A DNA stretch of 20,000 nt from Toensbergia leucococca (taxonomy: Eukaryota), in NCBI GenBank assembly GCA_022813965.1, contig JALDZS010000047.1:117003-137002 (forward strand), given 5' to 3'. The notes beneath the pieces are model-generated. The model searched no databases. It was not told the origin of the DNA and worked only from the letters and a program-made list of their open reading frames with translations. Both the position numbers and the translations under genes were made by a program. Below, piece after piece: positions 1 to 11,036 of this stretch. Numbering within the stretch: the stretch's first letter is position 1; the number at the start of each line of letters is the position of its first letter.

Positions 1-1552
1 GCCCGCCTCTGCAACTTTTTCCGGCAAATTGGTGATTAATTCGAGAGCGTTTTCTATAGGTAACCCTAACCCTAACCGGGAGATGGTCTTCCAAGACTCA
101 AAACCGGCGTGGAACACATCGCCGGTGCGAAAGAACTCCGATTGAATCAGAGTCTCCCATAGCATGTCTGTTGGTATTTGACCTAATGCCATGAGAGAGT
201 CTTCCAGCCACGTTGAAATCTCTTTGTTCTGCCCCGCCCAATCATCTGCTTGACGCGGAGCTGGGGTATAAATGGGCCCAACGCCTCGGATAGCTCCACC
301 TTGATCGCACGTACTATCATTTTGTTGTTCTGGAAGCTGACTGACATCTGCGGAAGTTTGAGACGCCTCAAGGTGCTATCATTCATCATCCCAACCGGGG
401 TTCGTCGTAGAGGCGCGGTGAAGTCCGGAACCCAGGATGGAAGGTCAGCTATTTGGCGAGTCTGATCTATGCCTGCACGACATAGGATTCTGAGCGAGCA
501 GTTGGTTAGAATTGTCGACTTTGTCACATTTACAAAAACATCGACCGTAGATTTGCCGTATTCGGCTTTGAGGGGGTGTTCATGAAGATCTCCAAGGATG
601 CCAAGAATTCCATACACCTTGTCCCTAGGATCGGATCGCCTGCTTCCCAGAAAGTTGGCTCGTAAAGATAGTCCTCCAATTTGAGAGGTCGCTGTTCGAT
701 ATGCAGATTGTATCGTGTCTCATGCATCTGTGAGAGATTTTGGAGGCCTGATCTCGTCTGACCGACCGTTTTTCCAGATAAAGAAGGTGCTTTCGGATCG
801 TCCCCAATATGTAGATTTATGTGGGCCTGGCAATGCATCATCATCCAGTGAATGGCTGGGGCGAAGTTCTGAAAATCCATCGAATCATGACCACAAGATA
901 TCCAGATGCGCTTGGCTACGACAACTTCTTGCAGTACCCAGATTCTACGAAACCAAGGGCGCTTCAGCAACGCACGCAAGGCTCTCCACTCCGGTGACTT
1001 CATGTTCGTCTCGGCCCATTCCCGGAGATCACGGGCAGACAGTCCCCAGTTTCCAACAGGATATGGTGGGACCGGCTGACCAAGTCCCTGCGTACAAGCT
1101 TCGTAACAAGTATTGAGTCGGTCCATGAAACGAAAAGCGAGAGGGGTGTCGGGAGATGCATTGCCCAGCCAAGCAACAACGTGGGTTACCGAAGCATATA
1201 TATCCTTCATCATGCCTACTTGGACATTTTTCTCTTCATTGTCAATTTGATTGATGCAGATGGCATCAAGCCAGACTCGGCGCATTTGGTTCTCATAGCG
1301 CATATCTTGCAGCACAGCGTGGGCGTTTTTCGTAACAGGGAAATCCTGGCTATTGATGAAGACATGGTGATCTCTGACTGATTTGCCCCAGGTGTACGAG
1401 ATCGCTTCATAGAGTTGATGCTTTACAACAGCTGCCAAAGAGACGTGGAGACATGTGCAGTGGATGGGATCATTGTCCTTACCGGGTAGGATTACTAGAA
1501 GGCGTATGTCACGTTGGTCTGTCAGTCGCTCATGTCGGTAGGTTGCCTCCAT
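1..1552 (-). pseudogene. HET-domain (HET-6-like, heterokaryon incompatibility) gene with two frameshifts; runs off the left edge
   Basis: ATG at 1552. HET motifs IRLLVILPG, YEAISYTWG, VWLDAICINQ, QVGMMKDIY, VVAWLG, RPWFRRIWVLQEVVVA. Removing one copy of the GGATC duplication (628-637) restores GDPRDKVYGILGIL and joins the 183..617 ORF (LPSWVPDF). A further 1-bp loss near 295 gives IKV(D)AIRGVG...LWETLI...GFESWK, open to base 1. Confidence 0.9.
61..77 (-). repeat. Short interstitial telomere-like tract, (TTAGGG) x ~2.8
   Basis: Plus strand reads TAACCCTAACCCTAACC; it encodes LGLGL in the restored HET frame. Confidence 0.6.
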
Positions 1553-2237
1553 CAAGCCTGAAGTATGTTTACCTACCTAGGTACTCCGTAGTCTATCCTT
1601 GAAATGCAAAACGCTACCATGACCACCACTTCAGGATGTCTAAGCCCCTTTAGATAAGCCTTTGCACTAAGCCATTAGTGGGCTAGTTGCTTCCGCTTAC
1701 TACGTCAGGTAAGTGCGCTTTCAGTGACAGCGGAGGTTTGATTGAGTGCATGCGGCTGTTTTATTTTCTATTTCACGCTAAGGTATTTCTGACTCACTCT
1801 TCAAAGTTGCATCACTAATTTGTAAAATTACTGATAACTGTCTTTATGACAATGTGTATGTACGTCTTTGAAATGATTCATTTTAAGTGTTTGCGAATGA
1901 TAGAATAAAGAGGTGAGTATGAATTAATAGATGTCACAAACGCAGTATGAAAAACCCAGGGTGGGGTAACAATTTCAAATGCCAAGCACGCTAAAGGCCT
2001 AGCACAAACCGAAGCTTGTTCTCAATCCACGTAAGCCACGGTGAGAAAAGGCTGTGCTCTAGACTTGAAGCACAAACAGCCCGTTGAGGTTTCTATGTGT
2101 TTGTCTCATCATCTCTATGTACTAAGTTCCTCTTACCTTTGCCCTTGCAAGTTTATAATCCAAAATCGAATGAATCAAAACTGGTGAGATTACACGATTT
2201 GCTGTACTTGACAAGCCTAGACCTGCCCGTGAGCACC

Positions 2238-5200
2238 ATGTATCGCTTGAAGAGCAAGATGCGCAGTTTGCGCGCGGACAAGAACGTGGGGCCGAAATGG
2301 GCGAAAGTAATGGCCTGATTATGAGTTATGGAGATGCGTCGCTGACTATAGCTGACTCCCTACCAGGCACCGGCAAAGGACGCTGCGACGAAAGCTGGAG
2401 GTGAATCGACGACGCGAAATGAACTCCCTCAGTATACTTTATCTCTTCCGGATGATGACTTTGCGCATGGCTGGACTCTTCCGATCCATATTCCGCCACA
2501 GTTACATGAGCCTCAATCATCGCCCCCCGCAAGCTACGATACACAGGACGTTCCGCTGGCTGCCGGATCTATAGGTCACACCCTAGGGGCTCCTTCCTTG
2601 TCGCTTACCGAAGAAAATCTTGCAGCTCTGCAAGCCGAATACGGGAGTCCAGATACCATGGTTCTCCCTGAGTGGAAGCCCCCTAGTGAAAAGGTGCCTC
2701 CTTCAAGCGAGGGAAACCCATACGTGACGAGTCCATCTACCAAAGAACATCATGCCGAAGGTATCGAGTCTCTCAGAAGCTCAGATATCTCTATTGGGTA
2801 CTCGTCGCTATCTTTGGCTATAAGCTCTCTCGGTAGCATAGATCTAGTTTCTGCAGCCAAGGCCGAGCAGCCTAGCGAGGATCTAAATCCAAGTCTACTT
2901 ATGAAGGATACCGGCACGTTTGATTATTCGAACCTTCGCTCATGGCCCCTTATCGCGGGTCCGGGAGAAATGTTGCTTGATATCACACCGGCCATGAAGT
3001 CGCAGGATAAGTCGCAGACTCGGAAAATACTCACGCATGAAGAAAGGCAACGCCTGTGCCAGTATCATACGGAACACCCCAGTGTTAAGCAGACAGAAAT
3101 TGGAGGTCAGACTCACTCCCGTCTGATTCCTGCATAAATGCTGACCGACTCATAGCAATGTTTGGTGTTGAAAGAAGGTAACAGCTGAGAAATGCGCAGC
3201 TAATACAGAGTAGCTAAATTTGGCTCTAGCACCGTCTCCAGGATTTTGAGACAGAAAGAGAAATACCTACCTACAAACCCATCTGTAAACGCAACACAAC
3301 GAAATGATCCATTTACTTTCAGGGGCCCATTATTGCGACCCCAAAGAGGCGATAGTGGTGTGTCCATCCCGGCCGCAGCTCCCGACCCCCCTGATTGCTT
3401 CCCGCCTCTCGCCCGGGCGTTCAGTCGGCCAGCTTCGGTCGGATCCGTTGTCTCAAGCGTTGAGTCAATCCGTTCAGGGGTCATCAGCTATGTTGGCTCT
3501 TTCTTCCCCAGCCCGGCCGCTGAGCTCAAAGCGGATGAATGGGCTCCTAGTCCAACAGAGGATTCTACAATCGAGACACAAAAATCAAGACCTCATCGCA
3601 GGAGAATATCTCATAACATGGTTGAGCGCAGACGACGGGATATTATCAATCAAAACATCCAAGAGCTCTCGAAGCTTGTTCCTTTCCACCGCCTAATGGA
3701 TTCTCAACGACGCAGAGGTATTGACGTGACGACGGATGAAGCGAAAGATCCTACCAAGGCGGATATTTTGAGTGGGGCTGTTACGTGGATCCAGGATCTC
3801 ATGTGGCTTTTACGGATCAAGAGCCAGCAGCAGGAAGAGTTGACGACCTTGATCACAGACCTGGGAGGAACGTACCCATTCTTACATACAACATCAGAGG
3901 CATGTATGTTTTACGAATTCTCACAAGCCATGGGTCAGAATGAAGCAAACGTGTTCGAGTATTCGCGGCCGCCAGGGTCTGGTCTCTATGTTCCACAGGT
4001 TGCAATTCCTGAAGCACCTCTAACTCCTTCTGACAAGCTCATTTCCTCTATGGAGAGCTCTCGGAAGCAAAAGATCGAGGCTTTTCCAGAACACGAGGCG
4101 AGATGCAACGACAAGGGCGCGTCAATTATATCTCCTCGGTACGAGCTCGACGTCAAGGGTGGCCCTGCGCTAGCTGAGCAAGATACCCGCAAGTTGTTCA
4201 TCACTTCACTAGTACCCAAGATAGCTGCAATAGCTCATGAAAATGGTGACGAACATGAGACCCGGACTGGGCTTTCTACAAGGCCATATCTGTTTCCACG
4301 GATGGACGTCCCTGGCAACTGGTTTGTGATTGCTGGTATGACGGATTTCTTTGGCATTTGCCTGCACTGGCAAGTCCAAACCCTCAATCTGCAGGAGCAG
4401 GTGATATGTACCAGCTTAAGTTTGCGCTCGGAATCCACTCTGAAGCGGTTCTTGCAAGGAACACAGCGCTTCTGGGAGCTAATCTTAATGAATCTCCTCC
4501 GTCTTCGTGAAAAACCTATACCCTTTGAACAGAAGCGGATCAGATGGCGATGTGTGAGTTTCTGGTGTCTGTATTGACGAAAGATGTATGCACTAACGTC
4601 TAGACAGCGCTGTGGGCACACTCTATACGATGACTTTACAGAATTGAAGCCAGGCGCACTAGCTAATCTACAGACCCGGCTGAATCACATGTATGCAGAC
4701 AACAGCAACGGAAGCGGAGGTGCATCAAATTCCCGCCTCGTCGCCAGCATCTTTGGATATCTTCAATCCTTTTTCAGCGGTGAGCAGAAAAGTACACAAA
4801 ACCAGAACTTCAAATTACCGCATTTCACCGTCCAGAATGCCCCCAGCGGCTCCAACCAATCAGCCCCAAACACCCCAAAAGCCATCTCCGATCTCCATCT
4901 CTGCATCGAACACGGTCGCTACGCCAACAAATTCCACCGCCTTGACGTCAGCGCCATCCAGTCCGACAAAGAACTCTTCCTCAAACTGAAAGCCAATCGC
5001 AACGCCCTCCACGGCCGCTGGCGCAACTTCTACTCGCTGCGGACCCTGCAGACCATCAAGTTCGTGCAGTTCGTGCTCCACAAGCTCGACCTCGTTGACG
5101 TCCGCCCCGCCTCCGCTGCGCCGCCCATTCCCCCGCATGACAAGCTTGCTGAGTACAAGTACGCCTATAACCCCATCCCGCCGGAGCACGTGCCACCCAT

Positions 5201-5546
5201 CGGCGAGAACCACCTCATGCACCTGTACCACCACCCGGAGTGCGCGCACGACGCACGAGCGCTACTGCTGTCGCTGTTCCCGAAGAAGGTTCTCGAGCGG
5301 CTTGTTGTATGCCCGCAGCGCGGTATGAGCACAGGCTGGGGCGTGCACTTTGTCGAGGGCTGGAACTGGGACCGCATCTGGGTAGTCAGCTTATTGCTAT
5401 TTGGGCTAGGGAGCCTGGCGTTTGCGCTGGCGTGGTGGGCGCTCGAGCATGATGTGCAGGGCGCTTTTGGCGTGGCCACGTACGTGACGAGTTTTTTGGC
5501 GCTGGGGGTGGGGATGGCGCAGGTCAAGATGCAGCCAGGGCGATGA
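2238..5546 (+). CDS. Five-exon multidomain protein (~1030 aa): CENP-B-type HTH + bHLH + uncharacterised C-terminal domain with two predicted TM segments. Exons 2238-2306, 2367-3105, 3156-3177, 3230-4553, 4608-5546
   Basis: caccATG at 2238. Four GT..AG introns of 50-60 bp, each with a CTRAY-like branch site (2307-2366, 3106-3155, 3178-3229, 4554-4607). Exons sum to 3093 bp with no internal stop. Splicing rebuilds HPSVKQTEIGAMFGVERSTVSRILRQKEKYL and IRWRC-RCGHTLYDDF. The first exon is the least certain part. Confidence 0.82.
3021..3270 (+). other. CENP-B N-terminal-type helix-turn-helix, split by two introns around a 22-bp microexon
   Basis: Spliced peptide RKILTHEERQRLCQYHTEHPSVKQTEIGAMFGVERSTVSRILRQKEKYL matches my recollection of fungal CENP-B-like HTH proteins. 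Confidence 0.8.
3597..3995 (+). other. bHLH domain plus downstream conserved block, resembling RTG3/USF-like ('GlcD gamma'-annotated) fungal HLH factors
   Basis: Basic region/helix 1 SHNMVERRRRDIINQNIQELSKLVP; helix 2 TKADILSGAVTWIQDLMW; then LGGTYPF...YSRPPGSGLYVP. The bHLH call is firm; the subfamily is from memory. Confidence 0.85.
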
Positions 5547-6003
5547 ATTTTAAGCCTGACTTTGGCTTGAAGAAGCCGTACAGCCAAGTTGGTCATGGTG
5601 TTCATACATCCAGCGGCGATAATTATTCGAGGATCTTACGTCTCTGCGAAGCTGCAGCTACAGTCTTGTCATGCAAAGGACTACAGCCGTCGCTGCGTTA
5701 ACTACTGAGACTAATTGACTAGTATGTTGAAGTCTGGCTCAGTACGGGATAGAACAGGCATTGGGAGACTAGAGTAGCTACTCGACGGGCCATCCGCGTA
5801 CTTAGTAAGCAGAGGCAGCTACTCGTAACCCAAACGGCTTGGCGGAGTCACTTTAGTGGTCTTATTCCGTCCGAGTCAGCTGAAGGAATTGCAACATATC
5901 ATAAGGTGATGCACTTTGCATAAGCTCTACTAACAGAAAAGCTCCTACTTGTGTCAATTCTATCTCTTGATTCAGACATGTAGTAATCTCATCCTTTCAG
6001 AAT

Positions 6004-6925
6004 ATGTCTGAAGGCTATCGAGGTATTGAGATGCTACCTAATCATCACATAGATCTTCCGCTAAGCCACAATTCTAGCAAAACCGGATGAGTACAACGCG
6101 CTTGCGAAAGACTATGCAACGGGACTTCTACAAGGCGCAGTTGATGCCTCCTCAAAAGCTCTTCTTCGTCAAATGGATTCTGTGTATCCCTTTTCCAAAG
6201 CCCACTATATCTTAGACCTTGGTTGCGGACCGGGACAGATCATTTCCCATCTAATCCAAGATTACGGTTCAGAGGTGCCGCAATCTGTTCGGATCTTGGC
6301 TACGGACGTAAGCCCCGACATGATTTGACAGGTTCAACTCCGTCGCGCACTCGAAGTCGAGCGAGACCCGCATTCAATATGGGGAAGACTTGAAAATGTT
6401 GTCTGCGATGCGCAGAACCTATCAGCGATATCGAATAATTCCTTCAGTCACATCACCGCAGGTTTGGTCTTGTTTCTTCTCCCGAAACCGCAAGAAGCCT
6501 TGATGGAATGTCTTCGAGTGCTGAGCCACGAGCATGGTGGAGGTGTCCTCGCAACGTCCTGCTGGCCACACAGCGACTGGCAGGATCTGATGAAACTGCT
6601 TGTACGAGTGGTTCCTGACAAGCCTGCATACGAGGTTCCTCGAGAGTGGCAGACCGTTGACGGTGTCCGGCGTGAGCTGGAAGAGGCTGGCTTTCGAGAA
6701 GTCAAAGTCGACCAGACAACAGTGTACGTGGATTACGACAATCCAGCAGAGGTCTACCATTGGCTTACCACGAGCATTCCCTATCTTATCCGACATACGG
6801 CCGACCTTGGGCTTGTGCATTTGGAAGATTTAAAACATGCCATGTTCAGACATCTCACCCGCTTGTATGGATCCGGTGGCGGGCGCATGGTTGGAACAAC
6901 CATTGTGGCTAGTGGAAGAAAATAA
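6004..6925 (+). pseudogene. Class I SAM-dependent methyltransferase with a premature stop (exons 6004-6022, 6078-6925)
   Basis: Intron 6023-6077 (GTATTG..GCTAAG..TAG). Motif I ILDLGCGPG, then ILATDVSPDMI, VCDAQNL, SFSHITAG, ECLRVL..GGVL. Single in-frame TGA at 6326-6328; the frame is otherwise open to TAA at 6923-6925. Confidence 0.88.
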
Positions 6926-7949
6926 GAGTTGTTGCCTTGAGAGAGCGTTCAGATCAAAGAAGTACGAGGACAGTTTCATTATTAAATGGCAGTTGAATGT
7001 TGTGCTCAAACCTAGCTTTTATATTTCATATCTCTCTTCTTACAATACATTTACCTCATTCAACAAGAGAATCTAACAGGTTTCTGTCCCATTCTTTATC
7101 ACAGTGAATTTTTGAAGCGCACTGAAAAGGGTATAGCTGTGAGTGAATTCTCTTCACAAAGAAACTCTGAACTTTCTAAGCTTTTGAATTTGAGAATCAT
7201 CTTTATTTGATTGTTTTCTGCTCTTCTTTTATCTTTATCATACTGATTTTGTGATCATCTCATGCACTCAATACCTTGCTTACTTTCTCACAGAGAAGAA
7301 TAGATAGAAAGATAGGTAATGAATGAAAATGAGTTGATATTGAGTTCAGGGATGAAATTTGAGGTGAAGAATTAAGCAAAATCATGATAGTAATCAGAAT
7401 AGTATTCCTACGCAATTTCACTTCTGAATGACACACAAATGAAAGAGATAAATGACTTGTCTAATCAGATAAGGTGAGATTTCAATGTATTCTTATTTAC
7501 CTTAGTGAAGTTATAAGAAGTCATTTTATGAAGTAGTTTTAGTGATTATATGTAGAATAGTAAATATTCAGTAATGCAAGTAGAATTACTTATTATAGTA
7601 ATCTTATATAATGTTATTAGTTAAACTTATGTCTATTTATATAACAGTTTATTTATGACTAATTCTATAAATTATACTTGCAAGTTAAGTGTTCTCAGTC
7701 ATTTTATAAAATGATTTCAGTGACTAGTTTAAGAATAGTAAATACTTAGTATAATTATCAACAACAGTGCATTAGCTTAATATTTATAATCTTAAGTGTA
7801 ATGAGCATGCTCTACTGTAATTACTTAGTAATTTTGTGAGATTAGATCTAATATAGTCTGTTTAATAGATAGAACTTTCTTTTAATGACTTCATTTACTT
7901 AATTTATTTACTTATTCAATTTTCTGCACTTTATCTCTTTACTTAAATT

Positions 7950-8370
7950 TGTCTATCTTCTCTGTTATACATTATCTATCTATTGTTATCTGTCTTCTTT
8001 AATCTCTGTTATGTGTTATCTGTCTATTGTTATCTATCTATTATATGTTATCTACCTTCTCTGCTATGTGTTATTTATCTATTATATGTTATCTACCTTC
8101 TCTGTTATGTGTCATATATCTAGTATGTGTTATCTACCTTCTTTATTATATATCATTTATCTATTATATATTGTCTATTTATTATGTGTTATCTATTTAT
8201 TGTGTGTTATCTATCTATTGTATATTATCTATCTATTGTGTGTTATTTACTTTCTTTATTGTGTATTATCTATCTATTGTATATTATCTATCTATTGTGT
8301 GTTATTTACTTTCTTTATTGTGTATTATCTATCTATTGCATGTTATCTATCTTCTTTATATTGTGCTGTC
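7950..8370. repeat. Degenerate minisatellite of 18-23 bp units with a 59-bp higher-order period
   Basis: Units TATTGTGTGTTATCTATC / TATTGTATATTATCTATC / TATTGTGTGTTATTTACTTTCTT; the 18+18+23 block repeats at ~8200-8340. Confidence 0.85.
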
Positions 8371-11036
8371 TTTACTGTACATAATTTAGTTTTAAAAATA
8401 AATAAGATAAAATATTTAAAAATAAGACACATTAAATGTGTATCTACATACCTTACATATTTAAGTAGCAGTGAATAAAATATTAATCATTTATAAAATT
8501 GTGTGTATTATTTGAGCTACTCTTAATTATCTAAATTACTGTATAATTACAGTTATCTCACTTTAATGTTGAAATTGTACAGGTAATTCACAGTAAGAAT
8601 GCCAATTCTTGATAATGTAATACAGATTTAATGTTTAATTTAGTATAAATGTTAATTCTTAAAAATGTACTATAGATCTAACACTTAATGTATGAGAACA
8701 TTCTAATGTTTTTTAATATTATTATTGAGAAACTGTTTAGTTTTACAGAGTTAAGAGTTATAATCTCATAAAAAGAACTGTCTGATTACTGTAAATTTAT
8801 AATAATTTAATCTTTAGTATCTTTACAAAGGTAATAATGATAATAATAATAACTTTATTTATCTGTTTTAGTAACTGCAGATCACTATACAGAATAAGTT
8901 CTTTTATATAAACTATACTCAATCAGGCATAGTATCTTACTAACATTAGAATATTAGAATATTAGAATATTAAAATACTTAAATACTTAATTATCTTTCA
9001 ACTTTTGTTATCTTTTTAACTCTTTAAACTCTAGGTCTCTAACATTTAATCTTTTATTCTATATATTAAAAGAATTTAATGCTTAGTTCTGTTATGTGAC
9101 TGCTTATACAGTTTTAAATTGTCTTAGAAGCTGTGTTTATTTTATACAATTGACTGCTTTAACTATTAAACTGAGTGAGTTTAGTAATTCTCTTAGATCT
9201 TCTTTTTTAGATGTATCTTTACTATATCATATTTTTTTTCTTAATTGTATATGTTTAGAGCACATTAGAAGAATATGTCTCACTGACTGAGCTCTTTATT
9301 TACATTTACAGAAATTATTATCTATTTCAGAATCATTTTAGTTAAATCAAAACTTTCTAAGATTAATTTTCTCAGTTCTTATCTGCACAATCACTGAATT
9401 AGTAACTTTATTTATTTTTTTATGTGATCTTAAAACTCTGAACATTAAAATTAGAGTTAGTCAATAAGATAATTAGTCTTTAAGTTTTAAACTTTATTTC
9501 TTCTTTTATTCATTTCTCATCAACTTATAAGTGACAGCTCTAACTGTGATTATAAAGACTGTGACTATAATTAGAGTTAATAAGAGAACTAATTTATTCT
9601 TTCTTTATCTTATAACTCTCTTTACTTTAGTATTTACTTTCTTATTTTTCTTTATTCTTATATAGATAAGAACTTAATGCAATTTCATAGTGACTTTCTT
9701 CTCTCTTAGTGTGTTAAGTAAAGAAATAATAAATTACAATAAGCTTTACTCTAATTGATTTTTCAGATCTTAAACAGCCTGTATAAAAGTCTAATTATCA
9801 GTAAAAATAATGACTTTTAACACTGACACTGACATTAATACTATTGTAAGCTGATGTTGATCTCAGACTGTCATTATTCTTAGTGCTATCTAAATTTTAT
9901 ATAGTTTATTTGTATATATAATAATAATTCAATCAGATTTTAGATAGATCACTTCTTTTGATTTTTATAAAGCTGAAGTTTTTATTACAGCTAAAGCATC
10001 TATATTATTGTTAATTTTACTTTTATTAGTATACACTGCTATTAGTGAGATAAAAGAGTCTGTAATTTCTTTGTAATTTTACTTCATAGCCTTCTTATCT
10101 GTGATGATGTGCATGTGAGATAAAATTTATTATTATAATACGATGTATAATAACTGTTTTTCAGAGAATTTAAACTTAAATCTAATCTGACTTTAATTTA
10201 GTGTTTTATTATTTTTAGTAATGAGTTTCTCATAATATTAATGTTTTAGTTATTTCTGTATAGCATTATGTATGTCTTATGCTAAATGTAAAATATCTTT
10301 TTTATTAGTGAGCTAGATATAAGTCTAAGATATGAGGCTGTGATGTGTTTTTTTAAAGTATATCACATAAGAAAAAGAAAAGTCTTTACATTTATGACTG
10401 ATATTAATATTATTCTAAATGCTTCATCAATTAGTTTAAGTGCATAGTATTAAATAATAATAAGAGTCTGAAGTATCTGAGACTGATGTTTAATTTCTTC
10501 TTTCAGTGTATATTACACTAAACAACAGTATGTTATCTGAGAGAGAATTATTATCTAATAAATAACTCTTAAACTTTTAAGTTTAACTTCTTAAGTAAAA
10601 TTAATAAGACTGACTAAGACTTCTATGCACTCTATAACTCTAACTTGTATATAATAAAGATAAGCACTTTACTTTAGTCTAAAATTTAAGATTATCTTTA
10701 AAAATCTGCAGACTTTTTTCAGAGTAATTGTAATCTTATGACTTAAAGTTAACTCCTTTTTTAGATCATGCCTTTAGTTTTACAAAAAGTGTATTCACTT
10801 ATATTTAATGAGGGTAAATTTTGATGCATGCTTTTTAACTCAGTTCTCACACCTTATATAAATCAGTTTAATTTATCTGCAATTCTTCTTAGTACAAGAG
10901 CTACTTATTATTACATAAACATTATTAATAAACTCATTTACTAAACTCACTAATTTTACATTCTTATAAACATTTAAAAGATCAGTGTTATAGAAAAGAT
11001 AGAGAATTAATAACAATAATAAGTTCTGCAGTATGT

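Noticed and set aside
1570..1592. Short palindrome TACCTAGGTA with TACTCCGTA (also GAGTAGCTACTC at 5772-5783)
   Set aside because: Short motifs of a kind common in fungal intergenic DNA; no function can be supported.
3021..3270. Pogo/Tc5 transposase
   Set aside because: No second HTH, no DDE domain and no terminal inverted repeats seen.
3597..5546. SREBP (Sre1/SrbA) assignment
   Set aside because: The basic region lacks the diagnostic Tyr (ERRRR here), and the hydrophobic pair is at the extreme C-terminus.
2598..5546. Three separate genes as in the ORF track (2598, 3246, 4584)
   Set aside because: The first two start at TTG and the third starts inside a predicted intron; canonical short introns join them in frame and rebuild recognisable motifs.
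250..6833. Antisense or alternate-frame ORFs (e.g. 715..1116, 3200..3484, 4235..4621, 4860..5249, 5165..5605, 6422..6820)
   Set aside because: They shadow better-supported genes and show no recognisable motifs.
8011..8478. Three overlapping Y/L/I/C-rich ORFs
   Set aside because: Translation artefacts of the AT-rich minisatellite; the 59-bp period is not a multiple of three.
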